A DNA stretch of 63,589 nt, counting the filler, from Kipferlia bialata (lineage: Eukaryota): assembly GCA_003568945.1 (NCBI GenBank). It is 4 parts of 4 records of this genome, joined end to end, with 100 filler letters (N's around TTAATTAATTAA, not from the genome) between each part and the next. Parts side by side here need not be neighbours in the genome. Positions count along the whole stretch, not along the records: positions 61,613 to 63,589 come from BDIP01000516.1; 3 more parts are not named here. One strand, given 5' to 3'. The translations under genes and the position numbers were made by a program. Below are positions 63,341-63,589 of the stretch, piece by piece. Every line of letters begins with the position of its first letter. The stretch's first letter is position 1. The notes under the pieces were generated by a model that saw nothing but the letters and a program-made list of their open reading frames with translations, did no database searches and was not told where the DNA came from.

Positions 63341-63589
63341 AGGGGTGAGGTATAAAGAGAGAGCATGCACTATGGGGTGGGGCGGGGGAGGGGGGGGGGG
63401 GGGGGGGATTCGCAGAGTACTCTGACTCAGAGGGTGAGTCTCATACTAACAAAGTCACCCCCAGATAGTATGGGTGTTAGTATATATGAAGAGATGACAT
63501 AATACGGGGGAGAACAACACGGGTAGCAGCATAAGTATATGGGGGGAAGGGGGGGGGGGGGGGGAAATGAAACCCCCCCGAAAAATTGA

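Overview
Eukaryotic, intron-rich protist genomic DNA. The intron style and ERERE/AEAEAE low-complexity proteins suggest a free-living fornicate such as Kipferlia bialata; this is inference, not a database result. The window is not one locus. Four scaffolds are joined by artificial 100-nt spacers (44N-TTAATTAATTAA-44N at 20449-20548, 40996-41095 and 61513-61612), so adjacency across these is meaningless. Recognisable genes are RPL5 (uL18), RRS1, RanBP1, a Fes1/HSPBP1-type Hsp70 nucleotide-exchange factor, a UPF0193/EVG1-like gene, a stand-alone REV1-type BRCT protein, a plant-type LRR protein, an ankyrin-repeat protein and several low-complexity/OB-fold hypotheticals. The most interesting candidates are: (1) a convergent pair of paralogous FAM118/bacterial-defence-type SIR2 genes, one with intact and one with degenerate NAD-binding motifs; (2) a ~13-kb membrane-anchored hybrid histidine kinase with neither the phospho-His nor the phospho-Asp; (3) a HECT C-lobe-like domain (Cys->His) fused to an RBR Rcat domain; (4) a PAP2 pseudophosphatase; (5) a pervasive pattern of introns containing copies of the flanking exon ends with their splice sites. 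Exon structures were read by eye, so gene starts are often approximate.
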